A stretch of 64,000 nucleotides of DNA, taken from the NCBI GenBank assembly GCA_038136095.1, contig JAYPZA010000002.1, positions 41,159 through 105,158 of the forward strand, written 5' to 3'. This document shows, piece after piece, positions 10,998 to 19,141 of the stretch. The notes beneath the pieces are model-generated. The model was not told where the DNA came from and ran no database searches. It was given only the letters and a program-made list of their open reading frames with translations. The position numbers and the translations under genes were made by a program. Numbering within the stretch: the stretch's first letter is position 1; each line of letters starts with the position of its first letter. The stretch comes from Flavobacterium sp. (GTDB lineage: Bacteria > Bacteroidota > Bacteroidia > Flavobacteriales > Flavobacteriaceae).

Positions 10998-11764
10998 TGA
11001 TTGTTGTAGATAATTTATACAAGGGATTTGATGATGTCCAAGTTTTAAAAGGAATTTCAACTTTTTTTGAACCTGGTAAGACAAGTTTAATTATCGGACA
11101 AAGTGGTTCTGGTAAAACTGTTTTTTTAAAATCTTTAATCGGTTTACACACACCCGAGAGTGGAACCATCTCATTTGATGGTAGAATCAATACTAAATTT
11201 ACAGCATTAGAAAAGAGGCAGTGGAGACAAGAAATAGGAATGGTTTTTCAGGGAAGTGCTTTGTTTGATTCTCAAACAGTCGAGGAAAATGTGATGTTTC
11301 CATTAAAAATGTTTAAAAATCAGTCTGAGGAAGAAATGTTAGAGCGAGTCAACTTTGTTTTAAAGCGAGTGAATTTAGAAAATTCAAATCTTAAATTCCC
11401 TGCTGAGTTGTCTGGAGGAATGCAAAAAAGAGTTGCCATTGCTAGAGCCATCGTAATGAATCCAAAATATTTATTTTGTGACGAACCCAACTCTGGTTTA
11501 GATCCAAATACTGCGATTTTAATTGATGATTTAATCCAAGAAATTACAAATGAATATAAAATTACTACAGTAATTAACACTCACGATATGAATTCTGTAA
11601 TGCAAATTGGTGAGAAAATCGTTTTTCTGAAAGATGGTAAAAAAGCATGGGAAGGAACGAATAAGGAGATCTTCAAAACTGATAATGAAGCTGTTGTTAA
11701 GTTTGTTTATAGTTCCGAATTATTCAAAAAAGTAAGACTCACATATTTAAATGAAACAAAGTAG
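10997..11764 (+). CDS. mlaF: MlaF-family ABC transporter ATP-binding protein
   Basis: Walker A GQSGSGKT, signature LSGGMQKRVAIARA, Walker B LFCDEP. The ATG at 10997 shares one nt with the mlaE stop (TAATG). The ORF-track start at 10937 overlaps mlaE. Confidence 0.82.
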   Translation: MIVVDNLYKGFDDVQVLKGISTFFEPGKTSLIIGQSGSGKTVFLKSLIGLHTPESGTISFDGRINTKFTALEKRQWRQEIGMVFQGSALFDSQTVEENVMFPLKMFKNQSEEEMLERVNFVLKRVNLENSNLKFPAELSGGMQKRVAIARAIVMNPKYLFCDEPNSGLDPNTAILIDDLIQEITNEYKITTVINTHDMNSVMQIGEKIVFLKDGKKAWEGTNKEIFKTDNEAVVKFVYSSELFKKVRLTYLNETK

Positions 11765-11821
11765 AAAATTAGTTTGAAAATTAATATTTTGCTTTTATAT
11801 TTGCAGCCGCTAAATAGCTAT

Positions 11822-11894
11822 GACCTGGTAGCTCAGTTGGTAGAGCATCTCCCTTTTAAGGAGAGGGTCCTGGGTTCGAGCCCCAGCCCGGTCA
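11822..11894 (+). tRNA. tRNA-Lys (anticodon UUU)
   Basis: Hand-folded cloverleaf of 73 nt. D stem GCTC/GAGC. Anticodon stem TCTCC/GGAGA with loop CTTTTAA. T arm CTGGG-TTCGAGC-CCCAG. The acceptor stem pairs 6 of 7 positions (U5-C68 mismatch). No encoded CCA. Confidence 0.85.
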
Positions 11895-11907
11895 CATCCT
11901 CATAAAA

Positions 11908-11938
11908 ACTCCAAACATTTTTTAGTTTGGAGTTTTTT
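11908..11938 (+). terminator. Rho-independent terminator after tRNA-Lys
   Basis: Stem ACTCCAAAC / GTTTGGAGT (9 bp) with an 8-nt loop, followed by a T-run. Confidence 0.75.
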
Positions 11939-12056
11939 ATTTTTACTAAAAATCTTGGCTTTAAATTTTCTGGTATTCTATGATTTTTATGCTTATGAAT
12001 GCTTCTTAAGTGAGGAAATTTTTCTTTTTCGTATATTTCTTCTTTAATTTATTTTC

Positions 12057-13520
12057 ATGGAAAACAACATAAGAAATAATGAACTTGGTAGACAATCCAA
12101 ACAGAGTTTTAAGAAAGATGTAAAGGGACTCTTAGAAACCATTAAAAAATTCTTAATAGAGTTATTGGATTTTAGAGATGATACAGATCATACAGCCACT
12201 ATTGAGGCGATAAAAGATGATATTCCATTCAAAGGTGCTACAGCTTGGATTTTAATTTTTGCAGTCTTTGTTGCCTCTATTGGACTGAACGCAAATTCTA
12301 CAGCTGTAGTAATTGGGGCGATGCTTATCTCCCCTCTAATGGGACCTATATTGGGGATAGGGATGTCTATAGCTATCAATGATATTGATACGCTTCGCAA
12401 GTCGATCTCTAATCTAGTCACAATGATTGTATTGAGCTTATTGACTGCTTTTTTATTTTTCTATATTTTTCCATTAAGTGAAGATAATTCTGAATTGTTA
12501 GGAAGAGTTCGTCCTGACATTCGTGATGTTTTAATTGCTTTTTTCGGAGGATTAGCTTTGATGGTAGCTAGAACAAAAAAGGGAACTGTAGCGTCTGTAA
12601 TTTTTGGAGTTGCAATTGCAACAGCTTTGATGCCTCCTCTTTGTACAGCAGGTTATGGATTGGCAGTAGGGAATTGGAGTTACTTTTTTGGAGCGATGTA
12701 TTTATTTATCATCAATACGATTTTTATTGCTTTGGCAACATTTTTAGTTTTGAAGCTTTTGAATTTTTCAATGATTCGATATGTCAATTCTGCCAAAAGA
12801 AAAAGAATTGCTCAATTAGCGTCTTTACTAGCCTTAGTTGTGATGATTCCTGCTTTTATCACGTTTGTAAAAGTGTACAAAGAAAATAAAGTAAGCAATC
12901 AACTTTCACTCTTTGTAAAAAATGAAATTAAGTCAAATAGGTTGTATCAATTAATGGATCAGGAATTTGACGAGGATAAGAATGTTTTAAAGCTGAACTT
13001 TTTTAATGAAATAAATGAAGCTGAAAAAAATTCATTGCAAAATAGGTTATCAACGGATCCAAGATATTCAGATTGTAAAGAGATTCAGATTGATATCAAA
13101 GGAAGTGATACCAAAAGTTTTGATTTGATTACTTCCGCCTACAATGAAAAGAGAGATGAACTTCAGCAAAGTAAAAATATCATTGATGGTTTACACAAAA
13201 AAATAAAAGATTTAGAGGTTACCATTTCATCGTTAAATGGTCGAATAGAACAAGAGGATTATAAAAGGAATCAAAAAGCCATTGCTTTTAGTAGAATTTC
13301 TAAAGATGCTAAAATTCGCTACAATGAAATTACAGAAATTGGTTTTGCAAATATACTATCCTCCAAAGATTTTATTAAAGTAGACACAATCCCTACACTA
13401 ACAATTCGATGGAAATCTTCTTTAAGCGATAGTTTATTGTCAATAAAAGAAATTGAATTAAAATCTTGGTTACAACAAGAAATGCAGTTAGATACACTCT
13501 TTGTAAAAAGAATTCAATAG
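12057..13520 (+). CDS. DUF389-type integral membrane protein with a ~210-aa C-terminal soluble / coiled-coil extension
   Basis: Hydrophobic core with GLNANSTAVVIGAMLISPLMGPILGIG and ALMPPLCTAGYG. The C-terminal half is charged and heptad-like (KKIKDLEVTISSLNGRIEQED). Confidence 0.55.
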   Translation: MENNIRNNELGRQSKQSFKKDVKGLLETIKKFLIELLDFRDDTDHTATIEAIKDDIPFKGATAWILIFAVFVASIGLNANSTAVVIGAMLISPLMGPILGIGMSIAINDIDTLRKSISNLVTMIVLSLLTAFLFFYIFPLSEDNSELLGRVRPDIRDVLIAFFGGLALMVARTKKGTVASVIFGVAIATALMPPLCTAGYGLAVGNWSYFFGAMYLFIINTIFIALATFLVLKLLNFSMIRYVNSAKRKRIAQLASLLALVVMIPAFITFVKVYKENKVSNQLSLFVKNEIKSNRLYQLMDQEFDEDKNVLKLNFFNEINEAEKNSLQNRLSTDPRYSDCKEIQIDIKGSDTKSFDLITSAYNEKRDELQQSKNIIDGLHKKIKDLEVTISSLNGRIEQEDYKRNQKAIAFSRISKDAKIRYNEITEIGFANILSSKDFIKVDTIPTLTIRWKSSLSDSLLSIKEIELKSWLQQEMQLDTLFVKRIQ

Positions 13521-13526
13521 GATGGA

Positions 13527-14603
13527 TTATACATAATCATTCCCAAAAGTATCTTTTACATCTGACACTATTTTTTTGATGTCTTGTTGGTCTTTTCTTG
13601 GGCAAATGAGTAACACATCTTCTTTTTCGACGACGATAAAATCTTGAAGTCCTTGAATAACTACTTTCTTACCTTTTTGGGTGCGAATCATATTCCCATG
13701 AGCATCACGGAAAATGGTTTCGGGCCCAACGATGGCATTATCGTTCTTGTCCTTTTCTAATTTTTCGTATAAAGAGCCCCAAGTTCCCAAATCATTCCAT
13801 CCAAAATCAACTGGAAGTACATGTACATTTGATGCTTTTTCCATAATTCCAAAATCAATAGAAATGTTCTCCGCATCTTTGTAATGTTTTTGAATAAATG
13901 TACTTTCTTCTTTCGTATTATAAATATTTTTTACATCAAATAATGAAAGCATTTCAGGAAGTGAAGATGAAAAGGCATCGATGATACTTTTTGTAGACCA
14001 TATAAAAATACCAGCATTCCATAAATAATCTCCACTTTCTAGAAATTTTTCAGCAGTTTCCAAATTTGGCTTTTCAGTAAAATTGATTACTTTTTTTATC
14101 GCTTTTTCAGATTTTTTAAATTGGATGTATCCATAGCCGGTATTTGGATTGTCGGGTTGAATCCCTAGGGTCATTAAAATATCATTTCTTGAACAAGCCT
14201 CAAATGAAGTTTCTATATTTTTTGAAAACTCTTTTTCATGATCAATCCAGTGATCAGAGGGAGCAACCAACATTACTGCCTCAGGATTTTGATCGTATAT
14301 TTTTAAAGCAGCATATAAAATACATGGAGCAGTATTTCTCATTATGGGCTCCAACAAAAGCTGATTTTTGTTGGCTTTCGGAAGCTGAGATAATACTAGT
14401 TCTTTATAGTTTTCATTGGTTGCTATCAAGATATTATTAGATGGAACCAACTCATTAATTCTGTCAAACGTTCTTTGGATCAATGATTGTCCTTTCCCAA
14501 GCATGTCATGAAACTGTTTGGGAAATTCTTGAGTACTCATGGGCCAAAATCTTGATCCAACACCACCCGCCATGATAACGGCATAAAAATTTGTATTTTT
14601 CAT
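13527..14603 (-). CDS. manC: Mannose-1-phosphate guanylyltransferase
   Basis: N-terminus AVIMAGGVGSRFWPMS, plus NAGIFIW. Its 358 aa fit a nucleotidyltransferase without a PMI domain. Confidence 0.78.
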   Translation of the reverse strand: MKNTNFYAVIMAGGVGSRFWPMSTQEFPKQFHDMLGKGQSLIQRTFDRINELVPSNNILIATNENYKELVLSQLPKANKNQLLLEPIMRNTAPCILYAALKIYDQNPEAVMLVAPSDHWIDHEKEFSKNIETSFEACSRNDILMTLGIQPDNPNTGYGYIQFKKSEKAIKKVINFTEKPNLETAEKFLESGDYLWNAGIFIWSTKSIIDAFSSSLPEMLSLFDVKNIYNTKEESTFIQKHYKDAENISIDFGIMEKASNVHVLPVDFGWNDLGTWGSLYEKLEKDKNDNAIVGPETIFRDAHGNMIRTQKGKKVVIQGLQDFIVVEKEDVLLICPRKDQQDIKKIVSDVKDTFGNDYV

Positions 14604-14612
14604 TTCTTCTTT

Positions 14613-15218
14613 CTAATAAGTTGCTTCATCTTGATTATAAATCACCTCAGCATGTTGTTTGAAAAGATATATTCGATTTGTATCAAGTTGTAAACATTCA
14701 AATCTTGTATTCCTTTTATTCCCTTTTCTATAGATTTTGTTCTTATAGACAAAAATACTATTATTGGGGAGTTCGAAAATAAAAATCTTTCCTTTTTCTG
14801 CAGTATTTTTCTTCAAGGCCAAAGATAATTTCAAGTCACTATCGGTACTAGCTTTTGGATTTTTTAAGTAATGAGCTAGTGGAGCTAACATTTCATTTGG
14901 ATAAATAGAAGGTTGTAAAAATGGCAGCATCAATCGCTGAAATGTTGATTTCCACTCACTTCCATGAGGTTGGACTCTACCGTATTCTTTGAATGTCACA
15001 TAATGTGCAATTTCATGGACTAGGGTCAATAAAAATTGATATGGATTTAAATTGTTATTGATAGAAATTTGAAATGTTCCATTTGCAAGTTTTCTAAAAT
15101 CTCCGTGTTTTGTATGACGTTGGTTTACAATTTTATATTTGACATCATAACGATCTGTCAATTCTTTTAGCAAATCAATTGCGTTTGTAGGGATGTATGT
15201 ATCAAGATTTGCGGTCAC
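14613..15218 (-). CDS. SprT-like zinc-metalloprotease-domain protein
   Basis: Has HEIAH followed by HGSEW. Size and layout fit SprT-like proteins. Confidence 0.6.
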   Translation of the reverse strand: MTANLDTYIPTNAIDLLKELTDRYDVKYKIVNQRHTKHGDFRKLANGTFQISINNNLNPYQFLLTLVHEIAHYVTFKEYGRVQPHGSEWKSTFQRLMLPFLQPSIYPNEMLAPLAHYLKNPKASTDSDLKLSLALKKNTAEKGKIFIFELPNNSIFVYKNKIYRKGNKRNTRFECLQLDTNRIYLFKQHAEVIYNQDEATY

Positions 15219-15247
15219 TGGGATGATGGAAATGAATATTTCTAAGA

Positions 15248-15931
15248 TTAAGGTGTAGAACTGGATACTTGTAAAATTTTCCCATTGTAAAAATTTTGAC
15301 CCGTCGTAGCAAAATGATAGATATAATCTGCCATCTCATTAGCCTCTAGAGGAGCTTTGTAGTCTGGAAAAGCTTCTGCCAACATTTCAGTTTGAACCGC
15401 TCCCAAAGCCAACACATTAAAAGCAATTTTTTGTTCTTTATATTCTTCTGCTAGTAATTCAGAAAGTGTGATGACAGCTCCTTTGGCAGAGCTGTATGCT
15501 GCTAGACCAGGGAATTTTAAGCTACCCTGAATGCCTCCCATACTACTGATGGTGACCACATGGCTTCCTTTTTTTAAAAAGGGGATGCATATTCTGGTCA
15601 GTTCGGCTACTCCAAATACGTTGACATCATATACTTTTAAAAAATCTTCTTTTGTAAGTTGTTCAAATGATTTATTGATTAAAAATCCAGCGTTATGAAT
15701 CAGAATATCGACTTCTTTCCAATTTTCATCAATATAATCTCCAACCTTATCAAGATCTTTATTTTTGCGAAGATCAACAGAAATGGACGTAATATTTTTT
15801 ATTTGAAGTTCTTTCAAGGGGATGTTATTTCTTGAAAGTGCTAGTACTTCAAAATCGTGCTTTGCAAAAATTTGTGCCAATTCAAAGCCAATTCCTCTAC
15901 TAGTTCCTGTAATTATTACTTTTTTCATCAT
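15248..15931 (-). CDS. Short-chain dehydrogenase/reductase (SDR)
   Basis: TGTSRGIG cofactor motif, NAG, YSSAK catalytic motif. An exact -7 box at 15962-15969 overlaps the ORF-track start (15964), so the MMKKVIITG start is preferred. Confidence 0.8.
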   Translation of the reverse strand: MMKKVIITGTSRGIGFELAQIFAKHDFEVLALSRNNIPLKELQIKNITSISVDLRKNKDLDKVGDYIDENWKEVDILIHNAGFLINKSFEQLTKEDFLKVYDVNVFGVAELTRICIPFLKKGSHVVTISSMGGIQGSLKFPGLAAYSSAKGAVITLSELLAEEYKEQKIAFNVLALGAVQTEMLAEAFPDYKAPLEANEMADYIYHFATTGQNFYNGKILQVSSSTP

Positions 15932-15961
15932 ACTTGTATATTGTTTCTCCACCACACACTT

Positions 15962-15969
15962 CAAAGATA
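15962..15969 (-). promoter_or_regulatory. -7 box TATCTTTG, candidate promoter of the SDR-SprT-manC string
   Basis: The plus strand reads CAAAGATA. It is about 31 nt upstream of the ATG at 15931. Confidence 0.45.
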
Positions 15970-16034
15970 ATCATGATTTTAACAATCAAAACTCTTTGCG
16001 AATTTTCAAAGCCAATCTAGGTATTTTTTTTGAC

Positions 16035-17549
16035 TTAGAATTCAATATGTTGATAAGCGCCTGCGTCTGGATTTGAGGTTCTTACAACCTCCAGAATATC
16101 CATTGGAACAAGGTTAGCTCCAGACAAACTCCCTAGGTTGATGGCCTCACTATCTTGACCAATAATAAAATCATTGAGTGACGTATTTCTAAAATGTGTA
16201 ACCCCGTTAAGAAGGATGTTTTGATAATTAGACGTATTGTCAAAATCTACCTCAGGAACTTCAGAGAGCGTATTGTTTACATCGTTGAATTTAATCATTG
16301 AATTGCTCACACTAAAATTGAAAATACCCCCATCAACTCTGTCCGGAAGAAATTCGATATTATTATTTCCATCAATAATACAATTGATAAAATTGGCTGC
16401 CATTAGATCTCTAGTTTCAACAATTTCTTGACCACTGGTATTTCTATACGTATAGAAATTGTTTACTAAAACAGCTGGTAAAGAGCGAATGCCATTATTC
16501 CAAAAATTAGCAAAAGTACTATGTATAAAATTATATGAACCACCAACTGTACAAGCAAGAGATGCTTCTCCAGCATTCCCAACAACAATATTTTCTCCAT
16601 AAACACTGGTTTCTCTGGCCAGAATACCAAAATTTGAATGGTTGAATATTTCTGTATTTTTTATTGTAAGTGTTGGTGTTGTGGCTGAGGTTATGGAATC
16701 GACAAGAATTCCGATGATTCCGTTCTTTATTTGAGCATGATTTATTTCATTTTCTTCACTTCCTGCTCTTAGCCAAATAGCACCCCATTGACCAGGATTT
16801 GTGCTGAATGAATTTTCCAATCGATCACCTTCAAAAACAACTTTTTCGTTGAGTGTGCCATTGACTTTTAAACTTGCTCCGTTGTCAATAATCAAACCAG
16901 AATTGTCATGAAAATAAACTTTGGTACCTGAATCGATTGTTAGGATATCATTCTCTGAAACAGCTGCATATCCATAGATAACAATTGGTTTGGAATTTGA
17001 AAAAGTAAGCTCAGTGTCTCTTAAGAATCGACCTTTGATGGTTGTTGGTTGTCCATCCAATGTTAATGAATCAATTTTCATTGTAAATGGATCTCTGCCA
17101 GGGTAAATAAAATGAGCATCTTGAACCAAGGTTACAAGATCAACATCTTGTTGATTTAATCCAGTATCAAATAAAATTCTATCCGTATACAAAGGACTTT
17201 GAATAGAATTGATATCAACTGTTGTTTCAACAAAAATAAAAATACTGTCTTTTGAAAGAATATCAATATTTTGAAATTCTTTACCAGGGATCCCATCGAC
17301 ATTCAATCTATAATTCGAGTTGATTCCATTTGCTAAAGTGATGTTTGGAATGGTGATGTCATGATTACTTCTGTTGTAGACTTTTAAATTATAAGTTGCA
17401 GAACCAATATTTGTAAAAATTGTATCGAGAAACACGGTATCTTTAGAAAACTCTAATTGACCGAAACTTGGAAGGGTACTAAAATCTTTTCGACAAGATG
17501 AGATGGAGATCGCTAGTAGGATAAAAAAAAGAAAAACGATATTTTTCAT
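16035..17549 (-). CDS. Conserved lipoprotein of unknown function, probable parallel beta-helix
   Basis: Lipobox ISIS|SC. Repetitive N/G/I-rich segments (IKNGIIGILV, IFNHSNFGILA, NCIIDGNNNIEF). No catalytic motif recognised. Confidence 0.5.
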   Translation of the reverse strand: MKNIVFLFFILLAISISSCRKDFSTLPSFGQLEFSKDTVFLDTIFTNIGSATYNLKVYNRSNHDITIPNITLANGINSNYRLNVDGIPGKEFQNIDILSKDSIFIFVETTVDINSIQSPLYTDRILFDTGLNQQDVDLVTLVQDAHFIYPGRDPFTMKIDSLTLDGQPTTIKGRFLRDTELTFSNSKPIVIYGYAAVSENDILTIDSGTKVYFHDNSGLIIDNGASLKVNGTLNEKVVFEGDRLENSFSTNPGQWGAIWLRAGSEENEINHAQIKNGIIGILVDSITSATTPTLTIKNTEIFNHSNFGILARETSVYGENIVVGNAGEASLACTVGGSYNFIHSTFANFWNNGIRSLPAVLVNNFYTYRNTSGQEIVETRDLMAANFINCIIDGNNNIEFLPDRVDGGIFNFSVSNSMIKFNDVNNTLSEVPEVDFDNTSNYQNILLNGVTHFRNTSLNDFIIGQDSEAINLGSLSGANLVPMDILEVVRTSNPDAGAYQHIEF

Positions 17550-17590
17550 TCACTTAATTTAGTTAAAATTATAACTTGAAATCGAATTAA

Positions 17591-18637
17591 TTATTGTTTT
17601 TTGATGAGTTCTATTTGGAAGAGTTTTCCCCAATTTTTTCCTGTAACAAACAGTTGATTGTTTTTTGAATCAAAAGCAATCCCATTTAAGACATCACTGT
17701 CTTTGACTAATTTTTGAGTTTTTTCCATTTCTTTAACTAAACTAGTTAAATTCACAATTCCCTCGACAACTCCATTGCTGGGATTGATGATCGCAATCAA
17801 AGGTTTTCTCCAGTAATTGGCATAAATTTTACCATTGATAAACTCCAATTCATTGAGTTGACTAATCTTTTGTTTGTGTGTATAGGCTTGAATGGATCTT
17901 TTTTCCTTTTGAGTTGATGGATCTAAGAACCAAATTTTTGAACTACCATCAGATTTAATCAATTCTGTATCAGAATGAGTCAATCCCCAACCTTCTTTAC
18001 TTTTCTGATACGAAAATTCCTTTTCAAGGTCGAAGGTTTCTAAATTGTACACAAACCCTTTATTAGATTTCCAAGTCAAAAAGAATATTTGATTTTTAAC
18101 AATAGTCATTCCTTCTCCAAAATAACGTCTGTCAAGATCTATTTTTTGTAAGACTTTTCCAGTTTTTATTTCAACTTTTCTTAATGAAGACTTTCCGTTC
18201 TGACCAGTAGTTTCATACAAAAACCCGTTATGATATTCCAATCCTTGAGTATATGCGTTTTTGTCATGAGGATAAGTTTTGATAATTTTCACATCATAAG
18301 ATTCAAAAGGGGTGTCGGAAAAAACTTCAATGAAATTATTGACTCTTTTGCTTTTTTGATCTCCAAAGGTTACCATGGCTGATATCAGGTGCTTGCCGGT
18401 ACCAAACTCTTTGGTGTCTAATGCAAATGAACGATCTTTTGAAGACATTTCTTTACCATTTACATAAAATAGTACCTGATCTATGGGATGGTTGTTTTTT
18501 TCAACTAAACTTACTTTTACCTTGTCGTTAAGTTTTGTTTTATTGGGAACTTTTATCAAGAGATCATATTGAGTCTCACAAGAATTAAAAATTAAGAGGG
18601 TTGCTAGTAAAATAAAGGATCTATTGATGGATTTCAT
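17591..18637 (-). CDS. Glutaminyl-peptide cyclotransferase (plant/bacterial beta-propeller type) lipoprotein
   Basis: Lipobox LIFNS|C. Motif YPHDKNAYTQGLEYHNGFLYETTGQNGKSSLRKVEIKTGKV. The ATG at 18637 is preferred because the rpmE promoter occupies the ORF-track 5' extension. Confidence 0.78.
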   Translation of the reverse strand: MKSINRSFILLATLLIFNSCETQYDLLIKVPNKTKLNDKVKVSLVEKNNHPIDQVLFYVNGKEMSSKDRSFALDTKEFGTGKHLISAMVTFGDQKSKRVNNFIEVFSDTPFESYDVKIIKTYPHDKNAYTQGLEYHNGFLYETTGQNGKSSLRKVEIKTGKVLQKIDLDRRYFGEGMTIVKNQIFFLTWKSNKGFVYNLETFDLEKEFSYQKSKEGWGLTHSDTELIKSDGSSKIWFLDPSTQKEKRSIQAYTHKQKISQLNELEFINGKIYANYWRKPLIAIINPSNGVVEGIVNLTSLVKEMEKTQKLVKDSDVLNGIAFDSKNNQLFVTGKNWGKLFQIELIKKQ

Positions 18638-18674
18638 TCGAATTATTTTTATACAAATAAAACAATTTATTTGT

Positions 18675-18703
18675 TTGAATATCAAAAAATATGGTTAAAT
18701 TTG
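18675..18703 (+). promoter_or_regulatory. TTG-N18-TAAATTTG, candidate rpmE promoter
   Basis: -33-like TTG at 18675-18677 and an exact -7 box at 18696-18703. This would give a ~100-nt leader before the ATG at 18810. Confidence 0.4.
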
Positions 18704-18809
18704 CCACCTCAAAAGAATAAATGCGTTTTTTTGATACTTTTAGAAGAAAGCCTTACCAACTTTGTTCATTGTAAAATCAAAATAGTAGAATATTTAAAAT
18801 AGAGTAATC

Positions 18810-19061
18810 ATGAAAAAAGGAATACATCCAGAAAATTACAGAATGGTAGCATTTAAAGACATGTCTAACGACGATGTTTTTTTAACTCGTTCTACTGCCA
18901 GTACAAAAGAGACTCTTGAAGTTGATGGAGTAGAATATCCTTTAGTAAAATTAGAGATTTCTAGAACTTCTCACCCCTTTTACACAGGGAAGTCTAAATT
19001 GGTCGATACCGCAGGACGTATTGATAAATTCAAAACAAAATATGCAAAATTCAAAAAATAA
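18810..19061 (+). CDS. rpmE: 50S ribosomal protein L31, type B (no CxxC zinc ribbon)
   Basis: [10 protein letters not shown]...SHPFYTGK. No cysteines are present. Confidence 0.9.
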   Translation: MKKGIHPENYRMVAFKDMSNDDVFLTRSTASTKETLEVDGVEYPLVKLEISRTSHPFYTGKSKLVDTAGRIDKFKTKYAKFKK

Positions 19062-19080
19062 TTTTTTTGAAACAGATGAT

Positions 19081-19112
19081 AAAAAAAGCCTCGACATTGT
19101 CGAGGCTTTTTT
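19081..19112. terminator. Bidirectional terminator between convergent rpmE and gcvP
   Basis: Stem GCCTCGAC / GTCGAGGC (8 bp) flanked by A7 and T6. Confidence 0.78.
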
Positions 19113-19141
19113 ATTGTGTGTCATTAAAATTTCAACATCAA

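Noticed and set aside
10257-11764. MlaE and MlaF occur without an adjacent MlaD/MCE gene.
   Set aside because: The pair is followed directly by the tRNA gene. The substrate-binding or MCE component is probably encoded elsewhere, which is common. I do not consider this informative without the rest of the genome.
11765-13520. tRNA-Lys could be an integration site for a genomic island.
   Set aside because: No integrase, no repeat of the tRNA 3' end, and no compositional break are visible. The downstream genes are ordinary chromosomal genes.
18810-19061. Type-B L31 could be a Zur-regulated zinc-sparing paralogue.
   Set aside because: No second (CxxC) L31 gene or Zur-box-like palindrome is visible here. 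In Bacteroidota the Cys-less form is, as far as I recall, the sole housekeeping copy.
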